Assembly (NCBI GenBank): GCA_051294375.1
Contig: CM119266.1
Span: 13,877,614 to 13,941,613 of the forward strand
Direction: 5' to 3'
DNA length: 64,000 nucleotides
Source of the DNA: Paraspadella gotoi
Lineage: Eukaryota; Animalia; Chaetognatha
Below the pieces are notes generated by a model. That model was not told where the DNA came from. It did no database searches and saw only the letters and a program-made list of their open reading frames with translations. A program made the translations under genes and the position numbers. Below are positions 14,170-25,991 of the stretch, one piece after another. The number at the start of each line of letters is the position of its first letter. Position 1 is the stretch's first letter.

Positions 14170-15020
14170 CTCTCTCTGCTCCACTTTCCTTCGTATCCTG
14201 TATCTGCTAGTTCAAATCGAAATTTCCTGTAAGAAAAAGAGCGATTTAAGATGGAAGGGAGGAGGATGAGAGACGAGAGAGAGAGAGGAGAGAGAGGAGA
14301 GAGCAAGGAAGACGGAGAGATAGAGAGAGAGAGAGAGGGTTGCAGGGAAAGATCTAGCATTAAAAACCGTCGGGGCAGAGAAGAGAGAAGTGAAGGTTAA
14401 CTTATAATTATTAGTTTTGTATTAGAATAAAGAAAACGCGTAGTCATGAAGTATTAAATATGCCTATTGTTATTACAAATCAAAAAACCACATATTTTCC
14501 GATTCTACTTGACCAAACCCATCCGAAAAAAAGCAGAGGAAAGAAAAAAGGGTAAGTTCAACTCTCCGAAAAGATTCCGAAGATCGGATAAGACCGAAAT
14601 AAACGAAAAAATAAAGGATGAGAGAGGCGCTAGATCAAACCAAACATAACCGAGACGGCACTGCGGGCCTCGAGAGAGAGTAAGCGCCCAGGACATAGAA
14701 GCGTATAAAAAAAGAGCGCTACCGCCCGACGAATTCGCTCGAGTAAAAACTCCGAGGCGTTCTCCCTAGCACGGTTGGCCGATTGGGGGGGGACGCAAGA
14801 AATATCCTGCCGTCGTGTCCGAGGCAATCAGATGAAATTACTTTAAGCCTACCTATTTTAATGATAAATTTCATGTATTATTTTTCATAGGACAAAGGTT
14901 GGGTCGCAGAGGAGGAGAGAGGAAAAAGGCGGTCAATTGAGGGGTACTGGTGAGGGCGGGGTTGGCAGATAAATGATCTCTGTGGACGTAGGCGAAAATG
15001 GCCATAGCGCGTATAGGTGA
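13141..15020 (+). repeat. Third, indel-rich direct copy of about 2331-4150
   Basis: Starts caaaacgggacatgcttccatgttcata (cf. 2331) and follows 2331-4150 colinearly with increasing noise. Confidence 0.9.
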
Positions 15021-15583
15021 GTAATAAGTATACGTCGTCAATGTGTATTGTGTTTTTCCGTCCTCCTATTCAGTGTCCAGTATCCACTCTTTGTTTTATT
15101 TTTGCGAAATGAAAATCAATTTTGTTTTATTTTTCCTTTCATTCTGTTCGTTATTTTTTGACATTTATGTCTTAATTTATTCTTACTTTAAAAAACAAAT
15201 AACTGATTCATTAATTAATTCATTCATTAATTCATTTATTCAATTCATGAATTAAATTAATTCATTCCTCGCTTTCCTTCCCCCCCCCCGACTTTCTCTC
15301 TCTCCTTTTTTTTTCCTCTCAGTTTTTATATCATATCATAAAACGGGGAAGGACTTCATGAAGATTTATCTCTTTGTGAAGAGCATTTTTATGGAGTCAT
15401 GAGAAAACCATAAACTCATATTTATCAGCGTTTCGGTTCTTCATCATTCGCGTCCCAGCGGACGAGCATCTCGGGCTCAATCGTCTTCTTTAATCCTCAT
15501 CCTTCTGACCTCAGATCCGTTATTTTCTCTTCGCGCGGGAAAAATAAGTGAGAGAGAAAAACTGTAGTAAAAATGAAATAAGA

Positions 15584-15740
15584 GAGAGTCTTGATTGAAA
15601 GGCATGCAGGGACCTGCTTTGTCATTATCTTGTAAGAGTGATAGAGGCCTTAAAACAATAAAGCCTGTCCTAAGTCAGGGGCTGAATAGCTTGTTTATTA
15701 AATGAATGGATAATTTTCATATTGGTTGTACAGATTTCAT
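15584..15740 (+). repeat. Dispersed ~150-bp interspersed repeat, copy 1
   Basis: gagtcttgat...gcagggacctgc...ttatcttgtaagagtgatagagg...gcctgtcctaagtca matches 29343-29475 (direct) and 39326-39474 (inverted). Confidence 0.8.
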
Positions 15741-16759
15741 AAAGAAAATCGATAGAGAAAAAAGATTTACTCATTTAGGGATCGTGAGCCGGGACGGGAT
15801 ACTGGTGTGGCGAGTGGATTGTCGGCCTCACAAAAACCGGAAACTCCCAAAAAACGCGACTGTTCGTCGTCTTTTACCCTAAATTTTCAGTTAGAATCTT
15901 GTGTGGGGATAGAGAAAAAGAGTCGAGACATTGTCAGAGAAAGAAAAAGTGAGAGAGAGATATAAAAAGAAATAGAAAGAGAGAGAAAGAAAGAGAGAAG
16001 GGGAAACAGGGAGAGTATGAGAGAGAGAAAGAAAGAGAGAGTAAAGAGAGCGAAAGAAAGAATCGGTCGCAAGAGTTGGTTCTTGTTTCGCCTTTGCAAA
16101 AAACAAAAAAAAAACAAAAAAAAAAACTATAAAAAAGAAAGACACAAAAAAAAAGCTTCCGTTTTTCCGATGATTGATGATTCCAGTTAAAGTTTCCAAA
16201 CGCAGAAGCGTAAATCCTGAAAAATAATAAATGTAAAATAAAAAAAACTGCGGCGGCGGCGGCGGCGATGTTTTTATACTTTTTTGTTCCGCTCTCCACG
16301 CCCTCCCCCCTCACCCATTTCTAGTTTCCACTCCGAAGTAAATGCTGCGTTCCATTGTCACATCACTTGTTGTGACATGCGACGCACATTACGACAAAAA
16401 AATTATCTCCCAGAGCGAGAATTGCTCGCAGGACCGACACACCGCCATAATTTCCCGCCCTATCGAGGCTCCCCGCGTTAAACTGCAAGCCTCTCAGCCC
16501 CCGAGCGCCCCCCCTATTTTTCCTTCACTCGTCTTTTTTTTTATGGAAGCAATAGTGAGGATATTTAGCACGACGTCGTCGTCGTCCGTCGTCGTCGTCG
16601 TCGTCGCTGTTGTCATTGTCTCCTCTTTTTTTCGTTGTTGTCCGTCGCTTATAATGAAGCCGTCGACTCTATGGGGACTCATTATGCGATTGGCATTTTT
16701 TCTCTCTTCCCATTCAAAAGTATCTCTCCTCTCTCTATCTCTGCTCTCTTCTCTCTCAT

Positions 16760-16792
<33 letters not shown>

Positions 16793-16887
16793 ATCTCTCT
16801 GCTTCGTCTCTCTCCCTCTGGATCTCTCTCTCCTTCCTCCACCGGGCAGTCCTTCCCGGCATTCTTATCCTCTCCTCCTCCTCTCAG

Positions 16888-18613
16888 CCACGCCACATCT
16901 CCTCCCTCATCCCCTCTCCTCTCCACGGCCTCTCCCCTGTCTCTCTCTCCTCTCCCCGGCTATGGGGGCAGCAGCAGTACATCAAGCAAATGCCCGGCCA
17001 CACACCAGAGAGCCAATGGACCCGAGGCTCATCAACTACAACAGCAACAACAACCAGGCCTGGGTCACCACACACACGCCTCGGGCGCTTTACTCTCAAC
17101 AGTATCACGGATACTCGAACAACCTATCCTCAGCAGATGGTCACTGCATCACCCTTCACCACCCGCAGCCAGGATGGGCGGGTCAACCGCATTATCCCCA
17201 GTACCCGTCTCCCGGCGCGTCGCCTGCCTCCTCCGGTTACGGATCTGCCTGCCGCTGCCACGGTGTCTCAACAACAACAACAGCAACAGACTCAGCACAC
17301 AGCTTTCGTCAAGCGGGCGTTGCGCCGCGGGACAACAGCAGTATCCCCGCAGCAGCGTCGACGAGACCGTTAGCCACCACGACAAACGAAAAACCACCAC
17401 ACGTGCCGGGAGCTCAACAGTCGGCGCCTGCATTCGATACCATCAGTCCGTCGGTCCTGTCTTTGGTCAGGGTCCGTCCTCGAGTTCCGTCTCGATGGGT
17501 CAGTGGCTCCAGGGATGCGTCCTGTAGGCGTCTGCTAACTCGGGTGGGCCTGTCCTCCTTCTCGTAAGCGGGCTTAAGATCCTTGGTTCCAAGTGCGCGC
17601 GGCGCCGCTGGTCATCGTTCCCTCGGCACTAGTCTCATTTAACCCGCTTCTTTCGGGCCGCTCGCGCATCCTGTCGGCCGCGTAACCGGCTACCATTGCC
17701 GGTAGTGTCGGGTCGTGCCCTTCCCCAGGGGCCGGAACCGCCGGTACGCTTTCCCGAAAGATGGAGGAGGCGTGGCTCGCACGCGGGGGCCATGGGGTCG
17801 GCGACGGCCGGGGCTTCATTCCTCGTCTACGGCGTCCGCAACCCACCACCATATGGGCATAAGTCAACCCCCATCCACCTCCAATCGCAGTCTTTGAGCG
17901 GCCATCCCGGCCGGCGCCAGCTGGCGCTTCGTCAACATCATCGGCCGGAGCCGCCTCCGTCCCCACCACTGTAGCTCACGTCGCAAAACAACAGCCAAGC
18001 CTCGGGGTCGCCCGCCCAAAAACCCTGCGGCCGGGCGGGGAGCGCGGAATCAGGCGGCCACCGAGCCCTTACCCACCCGCCGCAGCCGCCGCTGCAATCG
18101 GGAACGCGGGCCCCGCATTCGGCGGCGCCTCGAGAGCCTTAAGAAAGCTGGAGAGCAATGAATGCCGCCAGGGCTGAGAGCCCGTCGCCGGCCGGAATTG
18201 GCCCGGCCCGGACCAAACAGGTCAGAGCAGCAGAAACGGACCCATGGAGCTAGACCCCGCCGCCGCCGGCCTGGGGATTCAGGGATCCATGGCCGGTAGG
18301 CTCATCACGGGGCTGCGGCAGGGGCTTGCATCGGGTCAGGGGGGACTTATCTTTGGGGCTCAAGGCCCTCAACCACGCCCAGTTGAACAATGAGCTCATC
18401 AGAAAATTAGTGATTAACGCGGAGTATCAATCAAAATCGCGCAGCAGCTTGCATGCAAGCTTTACTCGCCTGCCACCCCAGCAGCAATCACCCAGGGTGG
18501 TCAAGGCAAGATGTACGAGCTGCAAGAGAGGATGACACATTTGGAACAGCAACCAGCAAATGCTGCAACATACAGCATCACAAACACATGATGAGCGCGT
18601 CAACATGGGACCG
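16888..18613 (+). CDS. Exon A of a large low-complexity (Q/P/S/A/G-rich) protein gene; frameshifted in this assembly
   Basis: GC-rich block after a CT tract ending ctctcAG (16887). Stitched frames read GQQQYIKQMPGHTP..., YPQYPSPGASPASSGYG, SQQQQQQQTQH, LKALNHAQLNNELIRKLVINAEYQSK...MYELQERMTHLEQQ. Donor CG|GTGAGT at 18614 followed by an AT-rich intron. Confidence 0.7.
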
Positions 18614-18720
18614 GTGAGTTATGAATAATTGTTTGTTTGTTTTGAAATGTAAATTATTGTTGTAACTATTAATTTTTCAAGTATTGATTATTTTTTTTAA
18701 TTTCTTTTAATATTTTTTGA

Positions 18721-19699
18721 AACTCCATCCCCAAAGCGGCGGGCCTCGCATGGCCGACTCCCTATCCAAACATCAAATGCAGATGGCCTAAACCTCGCAA
18801 ATCCGCGTATTAATATTACCACAGCAACACTCCCACAACAGCAACAACGAACAATCCAGCAAACCCAACAATCAGCCCGCCAAACAGCAACAGTCACTTC
18901 CCCCAGTCTTCTACTCCGTCGTTCCGGCCTCGTTGTCGCCGAGCAGGTTCCATCGGCGGCGGCGTCAATTCGGCGTCCGACTACGCAGCTGCAACAGGCG
19001 TTTCCTCCGCTGCGGCGTCGCCGCAAAAAACACATCGACGCCTTTTCTCGCGTCCTCTTCTTCGGCGAGGTCGGCCGTCTCGTCGCCCTGGCGCAACAAG
19101 CGCCGGCAGCGGCGCGGCTCCGCCATGGCCTGCTTCGTCGTCAATGACCGCCGCTAGTCCAAGATGACGTCTTATTTCCCGAAACGCATTTGACTCCTCC
19201 AGCAACACAGCAGCAGCATCTCACCAGCCACCAAACAGGATTCGCTAAAGCCCAATCAACAGCCGACGATGCACGAGTCAGTTAACAAGCAAACACTTGC
19301 CTGCAACCGCAAAGGCAAACAAAAGTCCACGCCTCCCGCGTCTGGCGCTCTGACCCCAACGGCGGAGCGCAAGGGGATGGAAGGCGGCGGCTGCTGCTGC
19401 TTGACTACCGACGTCCCAAACATGTAGTCCCACCTGCAACAAAACAAACAACAGACACCAAACACATTCCGCGTCACCGCGGATTGCCACAACATCACCA
19501 ACCTCTCTCCCTCATCCCAGACATGCAACAGGAACTCACATCCAACATGGGAATGTCCCACGTCCTACAGTCAGGCATAACCGCAGCAACAGCAGCTTCA
19601 AGCCACATCAGCAACAGCGCTGAGCCAAGGGAATGCGGAGCGTGGGGAAAGTCCCGTCCGCAATGCCTCGCACATATCGGGATCTCTCAGAATTTCGCG
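18721..19699 (+). CDS. Exon B of the same gene (Q/S/P/A-rich)
   Basis: GC-rich, CAA/CAG-rich block between AT-rich introns; HHQPLSLIPDMQQELTSNMGMSHVLQSGITAATAA; donor G|GTGAGA at 19700. The acceptor AG is not clean (tttttga). Confidence 0.6.
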
Positions 19700-19781
19700 G
19701 TGAGAACTTGTTTCTGTTAAAATAACTGTAAAACTTGTAACTGCTTTGGATGGTTTATTTTTTCACACAATAAGTTACATA

Positions 19782-20070
19782 CAGTGTTCGCAAAAACTTA
19801 TAATATTTTTTTTTAATAGGCAATAAGAATCTTTAAGAATCTTTTAAATAAAATTATTGAAAAATACTCAAACATACTTGTAAAAATTAACTTTATATTT
19901 ACTTTCTCATGAATGATAAATTTATCATTTTTACTCTTTTTCTGGTTGTTAATAAGGACATAAGTAGCCTCAAAGAGCATGTGTTAATTACCTTTTGACT
20001 CTATTTCATTTTATCTAGCCAAAAAATTTAAGTTTAAATTTAATTTAGAGACTATCAGTTTTGAAACACT
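19782..20070. mobile_element. Possible Tc1/mariner-type MITE remnant in an intron
   Basis: TA+CAGTGTTCGCAAAAACTTATA at the left versus tatcagttttgaaacact at the right (imperfect ~20-bp inverted repeat) around an AT-rich interior. The right-hand TA is absent. Confidence 0.3.
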
Positions 20071-20092
20071 CTCTCTCTCCCTTCTTTCTCAG

Positions 20093-22551
20093 ATCCGCCT
20101 CGATAGTCTGCTTCCGGCGTTTTCCCCCGCCCTCCGCCTGCCACCCAACTAAACGACGACGACCGAACGGCGTCAGTTCGGCGTACGACGCCACCTAGCG
20201 ACGACCTCAACCCACGCGTCGTCCATCTTCACGGGCGCCGTTCGCTGTCGACGTCGACTTCTCGGCGCCGGACGACGACGAAGCCGGTTCATCGAAGGCG
20301 CCGTCTTGATTCTTCGGTCCGCGCTGCCTTCGTTTTCCTCCTTTGAAAAATTCTCCTCCCATCTTCCCTCGAGCCTTGAGGCGACGCCGGAATCCAGCTC
20401 GAACGGCTTCATCAAAAACGGCCCTGTCGATCGGCTTGTCGCAACTCTCAACGTCACCGTCGAATTCTTCTCGCTCGTGGCTCCGGACGGGGGGCGCGGC
20501 CAAATCAATCCTCGACTCTTTGTCGACCGGGCCGCCGCTGGCGTCGCCCACGTCCTCGGGCTGGTCCAGCAGCAGCCGATCGGGTGGCGAGCTGAGCGGC
20601 GCTGCCAAACGGTCGCAACGCGGCCGGCCCAATGTCCGACGGATACTTATCGACAGCGGACGCCGACTACGACCGGGCCTTAGCTATCCGACGCCTGGCG
20701 CACAGATTCTCTTCTATGACGGCGATCAATGGCGGCCGCATCCGTCGCTCTCGATCGCCGCCGCACCCCAATTGCGAACGCCGGCGTCCCAATCCTCCTC
20801 AGTCTTTTGGCTTCTGGTTTCAAAAAATATAACTGAAATCAGGCAGCGCCCGCTTCTGGCGTCGCCTCGCCGCGAAAGACGATGCTTTTCCTCGAAAAAC
20901 GCGAAGAAAACTCTGGTTTCTTTTCCAGACGCCGACGGCTGCCCCCCGACAGTGGCGTCGCCCCGTCTCTATTCCAAAGAAAAGGAAGACGACAAAAGCG
21001 ACGCCTTGACGCCGCCGGCTCCCAACGGCGCCACCCCGTTTCCGTATCCCCAAAGAGGACTACGGGCGGACATGCCCTCTCGAGGCAAAAACAGAATCCG
21101 TCGACGAACAACTCTGAAAACGGCGGGCCGGTTGATTGCGCATCGGCCGACATACTATCCCCTCGCCGCCACCTCCGGCGCTTCTGACGCCGTTATACCG
21201 AACCTCAATCCGACGGCCGCCCTCCTTACCCTTTAGACGAGACTGATCGGCGACACCGAGTGAAATGATTCGCAGGAAACTCCCGTCGACTCTGAGAAAG
21301 CCTCCGACTTTCGATCGAAGATAAAACCTACACCGCCGAAGAGACCCGATTCCGGCGAGACGTGTCGGGATGCGAACAACTCCATTTCGGGTGCACATCG
21401 CCCAGCTCTCCGCGGCGCCGCCACTGCGCCACCCCGCGTCTTGCTTCGCCAACGCTTTCGGCGGCGTCAACGATCCACTTTGGATCTCTTTTCCCGCCGT
21501 CGAGCGCGCCGCAGTCTATGGGAATTTAACGCCGGTAAGCGCGGCGTCTTCGGTCGCCTATTCGCCGACTGGCGGCGCCCGCCGAGCCAACCTCTCGTCC
21601 GTCGCCCTCGACCGACACAAACCTGTCAGGCCGCCTACCCTCCGGCCGGCGCTGCAGATCCGTCTTCCGCATTTTCCTAGTTCCATGTCTCCCACAAAAC
21701 CAGGGACGCTGCGGTTTCCCACTTCCCACGGCGCCGTATTCAGACCGGCGCGTTCTTCTCCGGGACCCGGCCCAAGATTCGACATGAGCCGGTACCCTAC
21801 TTATTCCTAACAAGGCCGGAACCGGCTCCATGGGGCATTCGGGTCTTCAACAACAGCAACATCCTGGACAACATTCGGGGCAACCGAATCCCAAGCAGCA
21901 AAGCCCGGACAAAAACACCCGGGCCAACAAATGCCTAGTCAAACAACAGCATCCTGGGATGCCGCACCCTGCTCACAACATCCGGGACATGGTTTCGGCC
22001 GCAGTACTGGACAATACGCGTGGACATCCAAGCTATCCTGGACAATCACCCTGGGCAACAACATCCGGGCACATACCATGGCCAACATCTCTAGGTCAGC
22101 ATCCTGGAGCGGCTTGGTCATCCGCCAGCACGGACAATATCCGGGCGCAATATCCCGGACGAACAGACGGGAACAACAACGCACAACAACAACTTGGGAC
22201 AACATCAACAATCCCCAATGGGTCAACAACATCCTTCGCAGCAACAGCATCCGGGAATGCATGCATCCCTCATGCAACTGAATGCCGATGACCGGACTCT
22301 CACATGGGCGGAGCCGTCTCGGGACAGAGAATTCGTCGGGGTACCCCGGGCATCCTCGACACCTTCATCCCGGGAATGATGCACAAGCAGCACCCGCAGT
22401 CCAGGAAATGGGTCCTCAGCATCCGGGTAATGGGAGGCGCTCGTCGCTGGCGCCCGGATCGACGCCGTTTTCGATAGAATCGGATTCTCCCGACGCCGGG
22501 CAAGGAGAAAAGAAGAAGAACGACGAAAAAAAGAAGAAGAAGAAAGTTCAG
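20093..22551 (+). CDS. Exon C of the same gene (S/P/T-rich, QHPG repeat block, Lys-rich end)
   Basis: Acceptor cttctttctcAG at 20092; 2.4-kb GC-rich block with long overlapping ORFs; ends ...GQGEKKKNDEKKKKKK with a CAG|GTCGGT donor at 22552. Confidence 0.65.
21845..22430 (+). repeat. Coding degenerate tandem repeat ca(a/g)catcc(g/t)gg encoding (Q)QHPG/QYPG units
   Basis: Repeated caacatcctgga, cagcatcctggg, caacatccggg, caatatccggg, cagcatccggg. ORF-track peptides include QQQQHPGQHSGQ, QQHPGMPHPA and QQHPSQQQHPGM. Confidence 0.8.
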
Positions 22552-23172
22552 GTCGGTGGAGTAGAAGATTTAAAATAGAACAAGTTAATCCGGTTGTAGT
22601 ATGTATATTTTGATTATTTCGTTAGGCTTTGTTGTTTCTTCAACTTTGTTGCCGTTGGATATGAATATCTTTTTATTCATATATTAATATTAGAAACATG
22701 ACGAGCAACTAATGAGATAAATAGTGAGACTGTGATAACTTAGACTGTTCTTAAAGTGTATCTTAAAATAGCCTTCATGACGAATGAACCTAATAAACAC
22801 TCTAATACATAAATTACATAAATTAACGATTCGAGACAATTTTAATGAAATAGGGTTGAATTTTTGGCATCATTTTTTTCTTCGTTTTATTCTTTCGGAA
22901 TGATGTTTAAAAATTAGCCACATTCTTTTCCTTCGACCAGCGAAAGCTAAATCCAGACACACGAGAGCGAGTGACGATTCGATAATTATCGCGATAAATT
23001 GCCTAAACCGATTGTCATAGTTGATCGGTCACAATATTAAACGAAAAATAAACTTTACTTAATTTTACGGGAATTATCTTTTAATCTGCAATAAATGCAA
23101 ATTAGATAAGTAATCACATCGTCAAATAATTTTTTACAAATAATATTCTTTAATGGTGAAATAAACTTTCAG

Positions 23173-24233
23173 ATCTATCTTAAATGTCGTGTTCCTAGAA
23201 AATGACTTCCGAATCCACCGCGAGACGTCCTCTGAATCCCTTCAACGGTATTTACACTCACGCAACCCGCTCCACCGCAATAACAAATTCTTTTCTGTTC
23301 CGCTCGGCCGCCTCAGCCTCTCCAGCACCATCATACCGCACAACAGCATCCTTATTAAGGAGTTCCAATATCCGCGGTCCAAAGTTTCCATGGCGCCGGG
23401 CCGTAGAATCGGACCTTTGGTGGCGCCGGTGTTCCAGCGGCACCAATGACGGCGCCAGTTAGGATCGCCCAACTCGATCGTGGGCCTGTCCGGATCCATC
23501 CGCTTATCCCCATCAAAACGCCGTGGGGCCGAACGTAGCCGGTCCATCGCCCGCTCCATTTGACCACCGAGGCGTAGGCCGCCGCCGCCGCGTCTCCGAT
23601 CTCCAGCCTGGCACAACCGTATTTCCCTCTCCGGCCGCTAATCGGAGGAATGCCGCGACGCCGATGACCGCGCCTCCACGTCGATGATTGGCCAACAGGT
23701 TCCCATCGGCGGTCTCGGACAGGACGATTGGGCCCTGCATCTGGAGCCGTAACATCGGCGACTGTACCGCTCGCCCCCGTCTCCATTCCTCCTGGGCGCT
23801 CCTCCCGGTTCTCGCGGGTCCGCTCGGTGCCGCCGGCACTTCCCTCGGCGCCGCCGTCCGGACCGGCACGGCGCTTCCGCCTCCCACTTTGCGTTCGGGG
23901 AACGTTTGGCCCCGGGCGTCCTTCCGCTCCGGCGCACAGCCGCGGTCCCGATCGATGACGATCCGACGAAAATTTCGACGCGACGGAAAGAACGACCGGA
24001 AGAAAGAAATACAAAAGAAAAAAGAGGCGGAGCCGAAGGGCGCCGAAGATGCCGAGAACGACGCCGACGCCGCCGACGCAGCTGCCGACGAAAAAACCCA
24101 AAAAAGGAAAAGAAATACAAGAAGAAAAAGAAAGACGAGGAGAAACCACCTTTCCTCTTGGTGAAGGGTGAGGAACAGGACAGGAGTTTCGTGAGCGAAT
24201 GGGGTCGACGGAGAGGAAGTCCTCGAGCCGCTG
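23173..24233 (+). CDS. Exon D of the same gene
   Basis: Acceptor ctttcAG at 23172; SILNVVFLENDFRIHRETSSESLQRYLHSRNPLH... followed by basic/acidic KKEIQKKKEAEPKGAEDAENDADAADAAADEKTQK; donor TG|GTGAGT at 24234. Confidence 0.65.
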
Positions 24234-24881
24234 GTGAGTTAAGATGTGGAGTAAGGTTTATAAGTTAGGGTTTTTTGCTGAGAGATGAGAAAAAATGAAT
24301 TTTGAGTCTCGGTTTGTCCCACCAAAGATTAGGCTGTTTGAATCGGTGATTTGATTGATTTGATTATAAGTGGATTGTGAATGAAAATGCGGTATTTTTG
24401 TGCATAAGACAATCAATGTCGAGAAATGAGTGATGAGGAAATGATTTATATTTTGAGACACTTTACAATAAACGAAATCAAGAGTGATGAAGTCCAACAT
24501 AAAGTCGTGTTCTGATTTAATGGATTGGGGTAGATTGTGAGAAAGGTAAATAACGATTCATTCATTGTTCGCTCTTACGTAATTCTTCTGTTCCCCAAAT
24601 TTAAATTTTATGGTAAGCTGGTCAAAGAGCTTCTTCGATCTATGTGGGAAAGGTAGATAACGCCGTGCGTGATTTTATTATTTAAACTTGCTATTAGAAA
24701 GAGTTCCTAACATCGGTGAAGCAGTTTAGTTATCAACATGTTAAATATTTGTCATTTTTGCAAGAATATCCGCGAATAAATCTGACACTTGTGTTTCGTA
24801 CCCTTCTCCCTTCCCAATTTTTCTTCCCCCATCCCTTCTCTCTCCCCGCCCCCTCTTGCCTCCCCTTCCCCCAATCTCCAG

Positions 24882-25144
24882 GTAAGAGGGTTTCCTCGAC
24901 CCGACGACGGGCGAGAATGATCAAACCGAGGACATCCCCATCGAATCTTCCGTCCCAAGGCGAAAAAGAAAAAGAGTTAAACACAAGAAGAAGAAGAAAA
25001 AGGAACGCCGAATCAGAGGCCAGTCCTCGGACGGCGCCGAGGCCCAACGAGGCCGCCGCCGTCACCGAAGGACCGACGGCGTCGCCGGCGCCCAAGTCGC
25101 CAAATCGGCCAAGGCGGCCGGGAACCCAAAAAGAAGCTAATCAG
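24882..25144 (+). CDS. Exon E of the same gene (basic, NLS-like RRRRKR)
   Basis: Long C/T tract plus ctccAG at 24881; open frame GKRVSSTRRRARMIKP...TRRRRKRNAESEASP...QKEANQ; weak donor CAG|GTCTGC at 25145. Confidence 0.55.
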
Positions 25145-25991
25145 GTCTGCGTTTGAGAGAAAAGAAAAAGAGAGAAATGGAGGATGAACTCGATGAGGAT
25201 CTAAGAATATGAAAGATTATACGATAAAGGAATAAAAGAAAAAAAAGAGAGAGGAAAAAAATTGTCTTTGGGTTCAGGAATCGTCGTCAAGGGGAAGGGA
25301 GAGGAGGAGGGAGAGGGCGAAGAAATCGCGACAACCGGGAAGAGGAAGAGGATTTTCTCTTTGGGCGGCGCGCGCGAGATAGAGGCTTTATTGCACGTAA
25401 CCGTGACAAACCGTGCCATTGGATATTCTTCTTTTTCCTTTATCTTATTCAATTCTCTCTCTCTTTCTCTCTCCCATCTCTCTCTCAATTCGCTCTCTCT
25501 CTCTCTCAAAAAATCTTCGCTTTTTGGCTCTTGCGTTCCCCCCGCACCTGTTTTTCGTCGCGGCCCCGATTTCCTCGTTGACGCGTGGCGTCGTCGTCGT
25601 CGTCATCCTCTTAAGATTTCGTTCCTCGATGCAAACGAATAATGATGTTCCGGGAGAAAGGAGGGTGAAGTTTGGTGTGCCAGGAGATGAAAAAGAGGAC
25701 TGACACTGCAATGAAGCCGAGTGATGTGATGGGAAAAAAGAAAGGTTCGCGAGTGTCTCGAGTGTTAATGAGAAAAGAGGACTCGTTTGTTTTGATGGAA
25801 AGTAAAAAAAGGGGATGGATGACGAAGGAGAAAAAGTAAAAGGTAATTGCAAATAAGGAATAATTATATAATAGGAAGTAACAGGACGGTTTTAAGAGGT
25901 TACAACTTGGCAGAGAGAAATATTCAAAACTACTACGATATGTTAAATTAAATTTGTTATAAACTATCAATTTCGTTGCGTTTTTGAAAGT

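Noticed and set aside
20173-24149. Long minus-strand ORFs over the GC-rich blocks
   Set aside because: They are shadow ORFs of GC-rich coding sequence; the splice signals point to the plus strand.
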